Part shown: positions 27,095 through 39,210 of the stretch, in pieces
How the letters are laid out: each line of letters begins with the position of its first letter
Position numbering within the stretch: the first letter of the stretch is position 1
Assembly: GCF_006345805.1 (NCBI RefSeq)
Contig: NC_043005.1
Location: 62,806,001-62,870,000 of the forward strand
Length of the DNA stretch: 64,000 nt
Direction: 5' to 3'
From: Octopus sinensis
Lineage: Eukaryota
Translations under genes and position numbers: made by a program
Notes under the pieces: generated by a model
Databases searched by the model: none
Seen by the model: only the letters and a program-made list of their open reading frames with translations
What the model was told of the DNA's origin: nothing

Positions 27095-27155
27095 TAAAAC
27101 GATTTCTGTTCAATCTGCGTTCAGCTCCATTTCTTCAATTCACCAATAATGTTAT

Positions 27156-27218
<63 letters not shown>

Positions 27219-27227
27219 GTACTTGCA

Positions 27228-27563
27228 TAACAAGTGACTTGATCTGAGATTGTGTGCTGGAACGAAAACAACTGCAGCGTGGAAGGTGTTTATAAGCCAT
27301 TAAGAAACACACAAAACCGTTAGATTCACTGCGACATTTAAGTTTAATTTGTCAAAATATTTTCATCACTTTTAGACTGCGACTGTTCACTGACAAAGCT
27401 TCGTGCAGCATGAAGCTTTGTCAGTGGTCTCGAAGTGAAGAAAATATTTGTCGTGATCTCAAAGCGACGAAAATATTTTTACAAAATTAAACTTAAATGT
27501 CGAAGTGAATCTAACGGTTTGTGTGTTTCTTAAATGGCTTATAAACACCTTCCACGCTGCAAT

Positions 27564-27565
<2 letters not shown>
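27228..27565. mobile_element. Second palindromic Penelope-like terminal-repeat element (different family)
   Basis: Arms 27273-~27364 and ~27470-27561 are reverse complements; central hairpin cactgacaaagcttc-gtgcagcat-gaagctttgtcagtg (27388-27426); flanked by (GATA)n and (TA)n. Confidence 0.7.
27348..27397 (-). ncRNA. Type I hammerhead motif with G3-C8 core variant (GUGAACA)
   Basis: Minus strand reads tttgtca-GTGAACA-gtcgc-agtctaaaa-gtgat-GAAA-atatt-t-tgacaaa: 7-bp stem I, 7-nt core, 5-bp stem II with two G-U pairs, palindromic stem III AATATT. Confidence 0.6.
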
Positions 27566-27604
<39 letters not shown>

Positions 27605-28689
27605 AAAGTCTATGAGGATTACTAATACAGTTTTTAAGTGTAAAGGTGATTTTTAAAAAAAATTATTTTTCAAAGAAATGTTATGAAATCTTTTATGAGA
27701 ATGTTACTAATCTTTTTTGTGGAAGAGAGACAGACAGACAGACAGATAGACAAACAAAAAGATTGATATAATATATATCATGAATCAATTATATTCATAT
27801 TAATATTAATATTTATGTTCATGGAATAGATTTTCCATTTTGGATTCAAACAATTCTAAATACAGTATTAAAGATAATATAAATTCCAATCTTAAATTCA
27901 ACCTGCACACGCACATGCACCCACCCACACCAACACGTGTAATCAACCTTGACCATTGCTATTATCAACATCAGCACAACCCCACTCAGCACCAAACCCA
28001 ATACAACCCTTACCATTCACAATCCACTATCTCCTAAATGATCAAAAGCAACAGCAACAGTAGCATGGAGAAGAGAATCAAAGCCTAACTGAGATTATAT
28101 ACAATGAGGGGTGATAATGTGGTACCTTAATATATTTCAGAAGTTGAATGAAATGTCCTTCATCTTAGGTCAATAAGGATTGACTTGAGACAAAACAGCA
28201 GCACCAATACAATTAAGAAAAATAATATGACCTCTGCCAGCACCAGCAATATCTTCACCATGATCAACACTACTCTCAACCCACCAACTTTAGTATAAGT
28301 CAGCTGGCAACAATAATGTCTAGTTGCATAATGCTGCATGTCAACACAACAGTGTGTGAGAGAGAAAGAGAGAGTGAGAGAGAGAGAGAGAGAATGAGAG
28401 AGAGAGAGAAAGCTAGTAGGGTGTGGAATTTTTATAACTTAAGTCAGACATGCTAGAAGCAAAGTGCCCATGAATGTGGTAATCTTTCAAATAACTGCAA
28501 TCATTCAGTACTTTCTCCCATATCACTTCTTCACCCTTCCATCTTATTTCCATTGTTATATACATAGGAACAAGATACCAATTTTTTGCTCTCTCAAAAT
28601 AGTTCTTTCCCTGGTGTTATTTTATTTTTATGTGTTTGTCATGGATAATTATTAATTGCTGCTGCTGTTGGGTTTATCTACAATTCAAG

Positions 28690-29330
28690 ATGAGGCACTG
28701 GTGGGGCTTTTAAAATGGCTTGATGTAGGAGAAAAAAATCTGCTACATTGCTAAATCACTGAAACTTAATATGTCTACAGTGGGAAAATATGTGCCAACA
28801 GAGACAAAATTAAGTCTAGTGTTCCAGAGGTTACTTCTTTAACATGTTTTTTTTTATGGATTTAATGTGATGCTTAAAATTGATTGCTTCTTAAGTATTG
28901 GATCAAAGCTCTGACTCACTGTTTCTATTCACAAGAAGCCAATAATCTGTATGAAAATTTACATAAAAAGGAATTTGCAAAACATTTTCTGGATTGCAAA
29001 AGCTGGAATCAAAGGTTTAAGAAGTGCTTGAACATGTACAACATAAAAGACTGAAGCTGCTAGTGCTGATACAGAGGTTAATACTAATTATCTTGAGCAG
29101 CTGAAGAAAATGATTGCTGATGAGGGTATACACTTATGATGAAACTACTTTTCTGGAAGCACCATGCCTTCTAGAACTATTATTTCTTAAAAGGAAGCTC
29201 AACTCCAGGATTTAAAAGTTCAAAAAATTGTATGCATCTTCTGGGAGAAAATATTGGTGATGATATGAAATTAAAATCCATATTTGTTTATCATTCCAAA
29301 AATGTAAGGGCTTTCAAGGAGCACGAAATT
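28690..29330 (+). mobile_element. Tigger/pogo-type transposase remnant
   Basis: Decayed peptides IAKSLKLNMSTVGKI (HTH), SWNQRFKK..NMYNIK..EAASADTE..LKKMIADEG, DETT.FWK..MPSRT, LKSIFVYHSKNVRAFK. Confidence 0.75.
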
Positions 29331-29723
29331 TAATCCAATTTGAAATTCAAATAAGATGAACTTGTTTGAAGTTGAACTCTTTGAATTTCAAATCAAAGGG
29401 CATTTTTTTGAAATGTGGGTTACACACACTTGGAGATTGCAGTAATGTGAAACTTGAGCCATACTTTCAGTTTCACTTTCACTAAAATATATACACACAC
29501 AATATATGTGTGTGTGTGTATACACTTGTGTATGTGTGTGTGTATGCATGCATTTATGTGTGTGTGTATGATGATTTCACTTAGGCACAACAATACCAAT
29601 AACCAGTAGTTAGATCTCAATACATTTATACTTTAGAGTAGAGTGTCAGGAGAATACGGAGTAAAATAGGAATTAATGAATGACAACAGAACAGGAGATA
29701 CATAATCACTTTCATTAGCTTAC

Positions 29724-29821
29724 AGTTATTTCGGCTATAAGAAGCAGCGCACTCAGAGCTGAGTGCTTATGTAACAGTCCATAACTTCTTTGAGACAATA
29801 CATTCAAACAGGATGCATATT
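29724..29821 (-). CDS. Candidate internal coding exon (98 nt) of an unidentified host gene: (E)YASCLNVLSQRSYGLLHKHSALSALLLIAEIT
   Basis: On the minus strand: acceptor cacttgtatattttag, donor ACT|gtaagc, single open frame, CpG-containing, protein-like helical sequence. Confidence 0.45.
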
Positions 29822-31001
29822 CTAAAATATACAAGTGTGTGTGTTCCTTTATATAGACACATATGTATGCCATATACAAACACATATGTACACACACACA
29901 CACACACACAAGAAAAAATATGTTGAGAGACTATAAATAATTATATGTTTGACGAATGATGTAGATGTAACTTATTAACAGCTATTAGTTAAGATTTCCA
30001 TATCATTAATATCCTATTGTGATAGCTGACAAGTTAAATTCATGATTATATTACTAACTTTTATTAAAAGAACTGTTGATTGTATTGATATTTTACTTAC
30101 TAAGAAAATTAATATCCAGATATTTAAATGCTTACAAGCAGAGAGATAAAACATTCATTATAGTCATAAACATACATACACTTCACAGATTTTTATCCTT
30201 AGTTTATTTTATTTATCAACTGCAAACTGGAATGAAGTAATTTTAGCGTGTCACAATGTTTTCGCTGGTGTATTTTTCATTGGTGCATTTGATATTGAAT
30301 TTTAAATATTTTTTTAATTGTATATTTTCAGAACTTTTGCAAAGTGATTAGTAAAATTGTGTAGAAGAGATGACTGTAAGAGAAAATGATGATGATATGA
30401 TAATTATGAAGAAGTTGAAGTAGCATGCTCTGTCATTTAACAGAATATATGTCTAAAATTAATGAGCAAATTTCCCAGGTAAAAATATCAGATTAATTCA
30501 GGTTTTCAAAAATCATTTTTTGGAGACAGTTTTAAAAGTTTATATTTATTTTTGAAGATTAACAGAGATAAAAACTTACTCACAGCTGTCAACTAATATT
30601 TCCATAGTTCATTATCATCAATATCCTGTTGTGTGTGTGTGTGTGTGTTTAATGGCTAACAAGATAAGTTCATGATTGGGTTGGTAATTTTTTATAATAG
30701 ATCTATTTTTAAGTTGTCTGCAAAGCAAATTTGAAAGCTAAATTAAAAATTTTCAGTAAAGGTTAATAGGTCAGAGATTTCAGCATAGCAAAAGCCAAGA
30801 GAGAAATTTATTGTGCGTTAATTGTTTTAAATCTAATAAACGTTTTATTCTGCAATATCTATTAGAATAAAAGCCTCATGAGTAAATTTGGTTGAGAGAA
30901 ACTAAAAGAAGGTTATCATTCACATACATACATACACACACACACACATACGTACATATATATATATGCATACAAGTACATATATATTCATATGCCTACA
31001 T

Positions 31002-31032
<31 letters not shown>

Positions 31033-31207
31033 TATATGCATATATACATATATATAATCATATATAAATGTATAGGTACATATATATATATATATGTGCA
31101 CATATATGTACATACATATATATACATATATTACATGACTATTTAGATAAACACATACACACACACATTCATACACATATGTGTGTTTGTGTGTAAGTAT
31201 ATATATA

Positions 31208-31720
31208 TACTAGCAGTATCGCCCGGCGTTGCTCGGGTTTGTAAGGGAAATGACTATATAAACATTTTTAGAGAGTTACTTCCCTTATAAATGCCAATTC
31301 GGGCTTTCTTAGCCATTTCTGTTTTGGTGTCTTCAAGCCATGAAGTCGTTGTTCTAAAAGAACGCTGGTCTCCTTGACAACGCATTACGACGTTGATTTC
31401 TTTACACTCCCTTCCCCACAGCTTCACGAGGGAGGGAAGGGGGAGAAGCAAACAGGTGCAGCTGTGAGCGTGGACGCCAACTCCGCCGCCATCGACACAT
31501 GAAAAATTATGCATTAAAATGGAATAAAAAATGATGTTAAATTATTTTTAAAATCGTAGACTCATCGTTGGCGCGCGCTAATAGCCAGACGGGCTCGATA
31601 TGAATCACGACTATAAGATACCTGAATTTGGTTAAACTGCACCGCAAAATGTGGGAGGAGTTAGGAATCTAAATCGAAGGGGACAGACACTCACACAACT
31701 AGAGTTTTATATATATAGAT
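31208..31720 (+). mobile_element. Helentron/Helitron-associated non-autonomous element (HINE/DINE-1-like) in (TA)n
   Basis: Starts TACTAGC followed by GC hairpin cccggcgttgctcggg; CpG-rich body; ends gacagacactcacacaactagagttttatatatatagat; TA runs on both sides. Confidence 0.65.
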
Positions 31721-32062
31721 ATATATATATATACATATATATTGTGTATATATGTCTGTATGCTTATATTTGTACTCTGTGAAAGCCACAAAGTTTGAGC
31801 AAATTGCTCACTCACTTTATATGGGCCCGGAAACAGGTGGAGCAAGGGGTGCAAGCACACTTAAAATCAAATTTTTGCCCTTACTTACTTTTCTCAAGTT
31901 TAGAAAACAGTGCATAACAAAAACAATCTGTAAAAAGTATTTGGGAATTAGCTTTGTTCTCAAAGAATAAAGAACAGAAATAAACAAAACGCACAAGACC
32001 TTGTTTATAAAAAATTTTGGACCTGATTTTACACCCCCTATGCAAATTTTGTTCCCAGGGCA

Positions 32063-32328
32063 TAGGATTGGCTGTGTGGTAAGTAGCTTGCTTACGAACC
32101 ACATGGTTCCAGGTTCAGTCCCACTCCGTGGCACCTTAGGCAAGTGTATAGCCTCGGGCTGACCAAAGCCTTGTGAGTGGATTTGGTAGACGGAAACTGA
32201 AAGAAGCCCGTCGTATATATGTATATGTATATATATATATATTATATATATATATATATATATAATATATATATATATAATCATCATCATCATTTATTGT
32301 CCGTTTTCCATGCTTGCATGGGTTGGAC

Positions 32329-32366
<38 letters not shown>

Positions 32367-32536
32367 GTATATGTGTGAGTGTATGTGTTTGTCTCCCCTA
32401 CATCGCTTGACAACCAATGCTGGTGTGTTTACATCCCCGTAACTTACAAAAAATAAGTCCTGGGGTCGATTTGCTCGACTAAAGGTGGTGCTCCAGCATG
32501 GCCACAGTCAAATGACTGAAACAAGTAAAAGAGTAA
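32063..32536 (+). mobile_element. tRNA-derived CORE-like SINE with a nested antisense RTE tail (32280-32330)
   Basis: A box tggctgtgtgg, B box ggttcagtccc, ggcacctt.ggcaagtgt centre, internal (TA)n, tail gactgaaacaagtaaaagagtaa. Confidence 0.85.
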
Positions 32537-33139
32537 GCCAATGAGTTTGTGCCTTCAAAGACTTTTGAAATGAATGATTATTTATATGAAAAACTTGGGG
32601 ATTAGTGACAGGACATTCATCTATCTGTAACACAAATATCTCTATAACATATTCTTTTAACTAGTTATAACGTGGAAAAAAATGGATGTAAAATGCAAGC
32701 AAATGTAAGAAGTATCTTCAGCTATATTTAGGATTTATATGACTGAACTGAAATTTTTCTTGTCAGTATAGAAAATGATGTTGAATCTATAACATAGTGA
32801 ATAAATGAAGAGTCATTCATTATTAATATTGCTCTCTATCTAACAATCTGCAGTAAAAATATCTAAATATTTTATGCAATATTCCAGTGACACACAATAT
32901 CCATTATAAAATAATCTTCTGCTTTAGTACATTCGAAATTGCATAAAAATATTGATACAAACAGATTTATGCTTGAGATATTCTACTCATTAATTGTCGT
33001 AACTGCAAATTTTTCATAATATAAATAAATAATGAATCTATACATTAGTCTCTCTCTCTCTCTCTCTTTCTCCCCCTCTCTCTCACACATGCACACACAC
33101 ATACAAATAAATATGAGAGCATGCATTACTGTAAATATA

Positions 33140-33730
33140 ACAGTTAGCTAAAAAGTTCACAGACTGGTCTAGATACTCTCATGGAATGTGACCATAGTCT
33201 GTCTTAAGTGATGAACTGAACACTCATCCTGGGTGAGGAAATGTTTAAAGAAACCAGATGGATCTGCCTTAAACAATGTCAGGTTTTCTTGTGATGTGAT
33301 GAGCTTGGTGAACTTTTGATCAGGTGTCAGAAGACGTGGCACCCACCAAGTAAAAACCTTTGTTATGCCAAGTTCATTGTGCAGAATAATTTCAACTACT
33401 TCATGGGATATGCTAATAGCTTTGGCTACTGGATTTATAGTCAATCGTCTCTAATCCATCACTATGTGGTGAACACAATCAAGGTGATGGCAGTTTCAGG
33501 ACATTCAGACCTTGGATCATCATCCTCTTCTAAATTCAGTTTCCTGCTTTTGCACTGTTGTTAAAACTGGAGTGTCATCTGCTAATCTAGCTACCATGTC
33601 AGCATAAATGTCATTGGGGTCTAAATTCTTTTTCTGTAGGTACTCTATAACACCACAATGTCAAATTTTATTCAGTTTCAAGAGAAGTTGCCACTAGTTA
33701 CTTTTGAAGTCTTCTTTGAACAGTTAGATG
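33140..33730 (-). mobile_element. Mariner transposase remnant (N-terminal HTH region to WVPR-L motif)
   Basis: KNLDPNDIYADMV..LADD, LTINPVAKAISISHEVVEIILHNELG..KV...WVPRLLTPDQK...FLTQDE. Confidence 0.85.
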
Positions 33731-33999
33731 CTAGTTTACCTGGAAAGAAATAATACAATTATTAATAAGATGAGTTGAAATTAAGGCACACAAGATTTCA
33801 CAACTCTAGCATCACTCCTTCATAGTCAAATAATGAATTTTGCAGCCTACCTTGATCTCAGGGCTCTACCAGGTAATATAAGATGCTAGCTGTCAACAGT
33901 TATCACTATCTGTTCCTTGTTATATATATATATATAATATCACACACATACACACACACCTGCATGCATGCACATACCCACACATACCTTCATTTCTTG

Positions 34000-34265
34000 C
34001 ACTCTTCTGTCTTTGAAAGAACTTTTTCTTCACCTATTCCTTTCTGGTCATTCAATATATGACCGCATGTGTATTGTTGGTGATTTTTTTCCTCCATCTT
34101 CCCTTCCTTGGATCTATACTTTTTCTATGTTTCTGACAAAGAGATCTGCCCGAAACGTTAAATCCTGCTTCTTTCTTTCTTTTCCTGAGCGTCCAATAAC
34201 ACTATATTTGTTCCACATCCTCGCGTTGTTGTGTTTTCCTTGGTCTTTTCATGTTTGGATTAACT
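34000..34265 (+). mobile_element. Penelope-type terminal-repeat remnant with damaged minimal hammerhead (34129-34163)
   Basis: gttt-CTGACAA-a-gag-atctg-ccc-GAAA-cgt-t-aaat; pyrimidine-rich flanks; microsatellites on both sides. Confidence 0.6.
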
Positions 34266-34267
34266 TT

Positions 34268-34305
<38 letters not shown>

Positions 34306-36907
34306 GCATGAGTGTGTATACATACATACATATATATATATATATTGGTGTTTTGCTTAAGCATAGCAATAATATAATAACCTAGCATTAGAACTCTATA
34401 AGCTTCAGGAAAAAAAAAACATCAGTCAAGTACAGAGTAGTAACAAATAGTTGAATGATTGAATGTCACTCTGCAGCTTCAAACATGAAGTGGAGTTTTA
34501 TTTAGGAAAACATTTGCATTTACATACACACACACACACACACACAGAAAAGCATTACCAATGATATCGGTAGTGTTGGTACAAGCATAGATTTGTTTGA
34601 GATATTTTGCACATAAATAGTCAACAAGGCAAATTTATCATAATTTAGATAAGTACTAGCTCTATCTGCTTCCTCTCTCTCTCTCTCTCTCTTACACACA
34701 CACAAACAGACACACACACACACAAACATGAATGTAGCATGGGTAATGTTTTTCTGGTATATACATAAATGTGTTTTCCCAAATAAAACTTCACTTCATA
34801 TTTTGAAACTCTGTACTATGAGTACATTGCATCATATTGCAGAAACAGTTGTAACCTACTGAAGTTCATAACATAATTATTTATTCCTTTGTCATTCTAA
34901 TTTCTTATACACACACACACACACACACACATATCAAATAATAGTGACAGAAGCAGCATTACTTGCTTGCTTGCTTTTGCACTGTAAGTCCTTATGAGAG
35001 GTTCTCCCATAGTAAATAACACAGTATTCATTGTTGTAATACAACGTCCACTTTAAGTGGAAGATAAATATTACACATACATACACACATAAATACAAAC
35101 AAATAAACAATATTGAGCATGCATACAAAAATTTTGTTTTTTGATAGTTCATGGGTAGGCAGCGAGAATATATTCTCTTCTTGTGCCTGGTGTTAAAACA
35201 CCTGGAAGTCATAAACAAGTATAGACATTGATGTTTCATCATTTTTGGGACTAGTCAATATCATGTACCTGAAAAGAGGCCTGATGCAAGCTAAAACACT
35301 GTCTATGACTATATGCAAAATGGTGTAAGAACCATCTGCTGGTATGTCCCAATGTTTCATACCACAGAAAAAAATATAATCCAGTTTGTATGACTTTTCT
35401 CTCATTTTGTTTTCTTTTTCTTTTAAATAAAATATTTTTAATAATATTATTTTGTTTGTACACAATGATATATGGTAAAGTGAAAAGCTTCAGTTGACAC
35501 TCAGCAGTTTCTCTAGAAAATTCTTATTGTATTTCTTTCAAGATTTGTCAGTAAGTACTGATTCCCATTTTCTGGGAGAAGAATAACTTATATATGGAAA
35601 CGGAATTCAACGGTACAAACATGCCAACAATGTATTCAAATTTTTAATACATGAAGGGAAGAAAAATAAAATTTTATTTTCACATCTTTCATATATTCCT
35701 TCTCCTATGAAGGAAACATAATTGTAGACTTACTAAAACATTTCTAATTATGGACACCAAAGTCAGTAGGCAGAGAAAATGCATATTTATTAATTATAAT
35801 GCCAACAATATTAGAATTATTATAGAGAATTTATTGCAGAGTCAAATTATCATTTCTAATTATAGATTTAACACACAATATGTCAAGCAAATAAACACAT
35901 ATTCTTAATCTCACCTTTTATGAGTGTGCTTGCATGTATTTGTGTGTATATATGAAACAAAACTTTTGAACAGGTACACTTTCCTTCAAATATTCACATA
36001 CATAGAAGGTTACAGGTGGTGCACTTTTCTATAATTATTTATTAGTGAAATGGAATTTATTATAAACCAACAGTAAAAAAACATGATTGAGCTTCATAAA
36101 CTACCCATTATTTTTATATTGTTCTATCATTAATACTCCTTTAATGATGAAATTAATAGATTCATATAAAATTTATCATTAAGATCTTTAAAATTATTAC
36201 TTATTAATTTGAGAAGAAAATTCCATATTACATTTGGAAACAAATATTTTGTAATTCATTTCAGGAATTAATGCATTTCTTGACATAATTACATGTTACA
36301 GATAATGATCTAAAACATCAATTCAAGTGCAATTTTGTTCTTTGAAATCAATCATATTGAAAAGATATTAAGTCTATCATATTTGTGACACTACGTGAAT
36401 CCTGTTTTTTCCCCATGGTATTTCAACATTAACAAGAAACATTGATATCAGTATAAAGATATATGGAAATATGGAGCTAAGAAGGACCTGCTATTTGAAC
36501 TCAAGTGTTCTGATTACATAGATGTAAATAAGGAGGACGCAAAGACTCATATTTTACAGCAAGAAAATAATAATTCAAGGCTTTATACTTTGAGAAACTG
36601 TATAAACTTTTTTTTTAAATGTTACCAAATATAGCAAAACATTATTGATATATTGCTTTCTCACACACACACACACAAATTACTACAACCAGTATTATGC
36701 AAATGACCAGGGCCAAAAATGTTCAGAAAGCATTTCTTGCATATAAAGCCTATGTCAGTTGGTTTCAAATTTATCAAATGATGATGTTTCATGGTGGTAG
36801 TTTAATAAGACCAAATCATGACCACAGATGTCACCATTCCTAAGCATTGACATTTTCTTTGACGTTAATTCTTAATTTCTGGAAATTGTCTTTCCTTCTT
36901 TTTTTCT

Positions 36908-36950
<43 letters not shown>

Positions 36951-37957
36951 TATTATGTACAGGAATACATAAAAATATTCAATTTACAATGGAATATAGT
37001 TAAGTGAAACAACCGCTTTTTGGAAATTTTAATATTGAGCTTCAACAATCCAACTGAGACAGACGGATGCTGCAAAACTATAAATGCAAAACAAAATCTA
37101 GTCTTTACTTTGTGTCACCTGAAGCACACTAGAACAAAATATTCCATTTAATTTAGCCAAAAGGTATGCACAATTGTGTCCAATATGAATTTTCATAATA
37201 TATGATTTTAAGAATAAAGATATATTAATAGACATCATCCAGCATTTTCAAATGTTGGGAAGCAATGTGCCAGAACAAGCAAAACAAAATAACATACCAC
37301 AATTGAAAATGTTGTCCTAAGAGTTTACTCACAATCCCAGAAACCATAAAGCCTAAAATTCTATTCTTCGAAATATACTGATACTGAAAAAAGGTTCCAC
37401 AATGAATTAGTTTTTCGGTGCCCCAGCATGGCCACAGCTCAAGAGCTGAAACTGGAAAAACAAAAACAAACAATACTACTATGAAATCTCAAAAAAAAAA
37501 ATGAAAACAAAACAACCTAAATCATTGAAGAGAATACTAACAAATACCAAATTATATATGCGATGACAACAGAACCAACTGTTAAAAATGTGGATGTACC
37601 AACTGTAGAATATGTTTTAACTTGTCCAGAGGAGCAGAATTTCACATTAAATAAGGACAATCTCGCAAAGTAATGAATGATTTCACCTGCATATTTGGAA
37701 ACCTAATTGTGCAATTGCATATTCAGGATTTGCAGAGAATTATGGAATAAACTGGGATGCTTTGATTGACACCATACAGAGAGCAAATTCAATTTCCTAG
37801 CTACAAACAAATATGGCTTAATTGAAATATAGATACATGTCCTGGGAGTTGTCAACCAAGTTTAAAGATTCCCTACCTACCTGTACAGAGAAAGGACATT
37901 TCAAGAACAGTGGATCAACAATCAGTTTACATTCATTGAAAAATATTGACTATCATT

Positions 37958-37958
<1 letters not shown>

Positions 37959-38041
<83 letters not shown>

Positions 38042-38135
38042 ATGTGTGTATATATATATGTGTATATATATATATGTATATATATATATGCATATATATA
38101 TATATGCATATATATATATGTATATATATATTATG

Positions 38136-38166
<31 letters not shown>

Positions 38167-38336
38167 GTATATATATATGTATATGTATATATATATGTAT
38201 ATATATATATATATATATTATATATATGTATATATATGTATATATATATAGTATATATATATGTGTATATATATATATGTGTATATATATATGTATATAT
38301 ATATATGCATATATATATATGCATATATATATATGC

Positions 38337-38388
<52 letters not shown>

Positions 38389-38419
38389 GTATATATATAT
38401 GTATATGTATATATATATG

Positions 38420-38452
<33 letters not shown>

Positions 38453-38541
38453 GTATATATATGTATATATATATATGTATATATATATGTGTATATATAT
38501 GTATATATATATATGTATATATATGTATATATATATATATA
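37959..38541. repeat. ~580-bp (TA)n-derived array with TATG/TGCA variants
   Basis: Direct observation; it accounts for the stacked YI-repeat ORFs in the ORF track. Confidence 0.95.
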
Positions 38542-38989
38542 ACAAATCAATGAGTTAACATTTAATTAATTTATATTTATACAAACTATATAAATAATTC
38601 ATCAACCACCTCCTCTGGTAATGTTAATTATTCATTTATCATATCCCTTGTTACTATCAACAACATCTAGTTATAAAATTATGAAATTATAACAACATCA
38701 TTAATTACAAAGCCATCACTATCTTTAAAGAAGTTAAATAATGGTGTGTGCATTTATGTTACACCTTCTATGAATATGGTAGTGGTAATTAGAGCCACTT
38801 CGTTGGGCTTCCAGTAAGGACTATAAGGACTTGAAACTAGATTACATGAGATATCTAAATATACTAATTTTAAATGTGTTAATTAAATCCTTTCTGAGCC
38901 TTTCTTACTGGTGCCAATTCTTGTTATGGGTTAAAAGTAAACTGTCATCTTTGTGTAAGCCTAATTCAATGAAATCAAATTTAATTTGT

Positions 38990-39210
38990 TGAGTGTCTGA
39001 ATAAAGCTCTTATCACTCCATGACCATCTTAGAAATTTGCATAGAAATATCTGTAAGTGAATTTCAAGGATATCTTCTGATCAAGAGATGTTTAATCATG
39101 CAGCTGAATCATATAATGAGTCTTTAAGCAGAAGTGGCTTTATTGATGAGATGCAATACATATCCAGACAAAAAATGTTAAAACTTAACAACTGCAGCAA
39201 GAAGTTTTAA
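38990..39210 (+). mobile_element. Decayed Penelope-like RT C-terminal fragment
   Basis: LRNLHRNICK*ISRISSDQEMFNHAAESYNESLSRSGF resembles the PLE thumb region (..I..R.S..SS....F..A...Y..AL..SG). Confidence 0.55.

Larger units (their letters stand above)
26545..27153. mobile_element. Penelope-like/retrozyme-type terminal repeat in head-to-head inverted duplication, inserted in (TA)n
   Basis: Arms 26692-26919 and 26923-27153 are reverse complements (3-nt loop gtt; five 1-nt indels, no substitutions seen). The left copy extends ~150 bp further. Each arm holds a hammerhead motif. Confidence 0.8.

Noticed and set aside
29110-29160. CTGATGA...GAAA spacing resembling a hammerhead
   Set aside because: No stem I or stem II pairing; explained by Tigger codons for ADEG...DET.
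30454-30488. Plus-strand 35-nt segment with good acceptor and donor
   Set aside because: Too short; such pairs are expected by chance in 64 kb of AT-rich DNA.
37956-38558. Multiple 100-170 aa ORFs
   Set aside because: Translations of the TA microsatellite.
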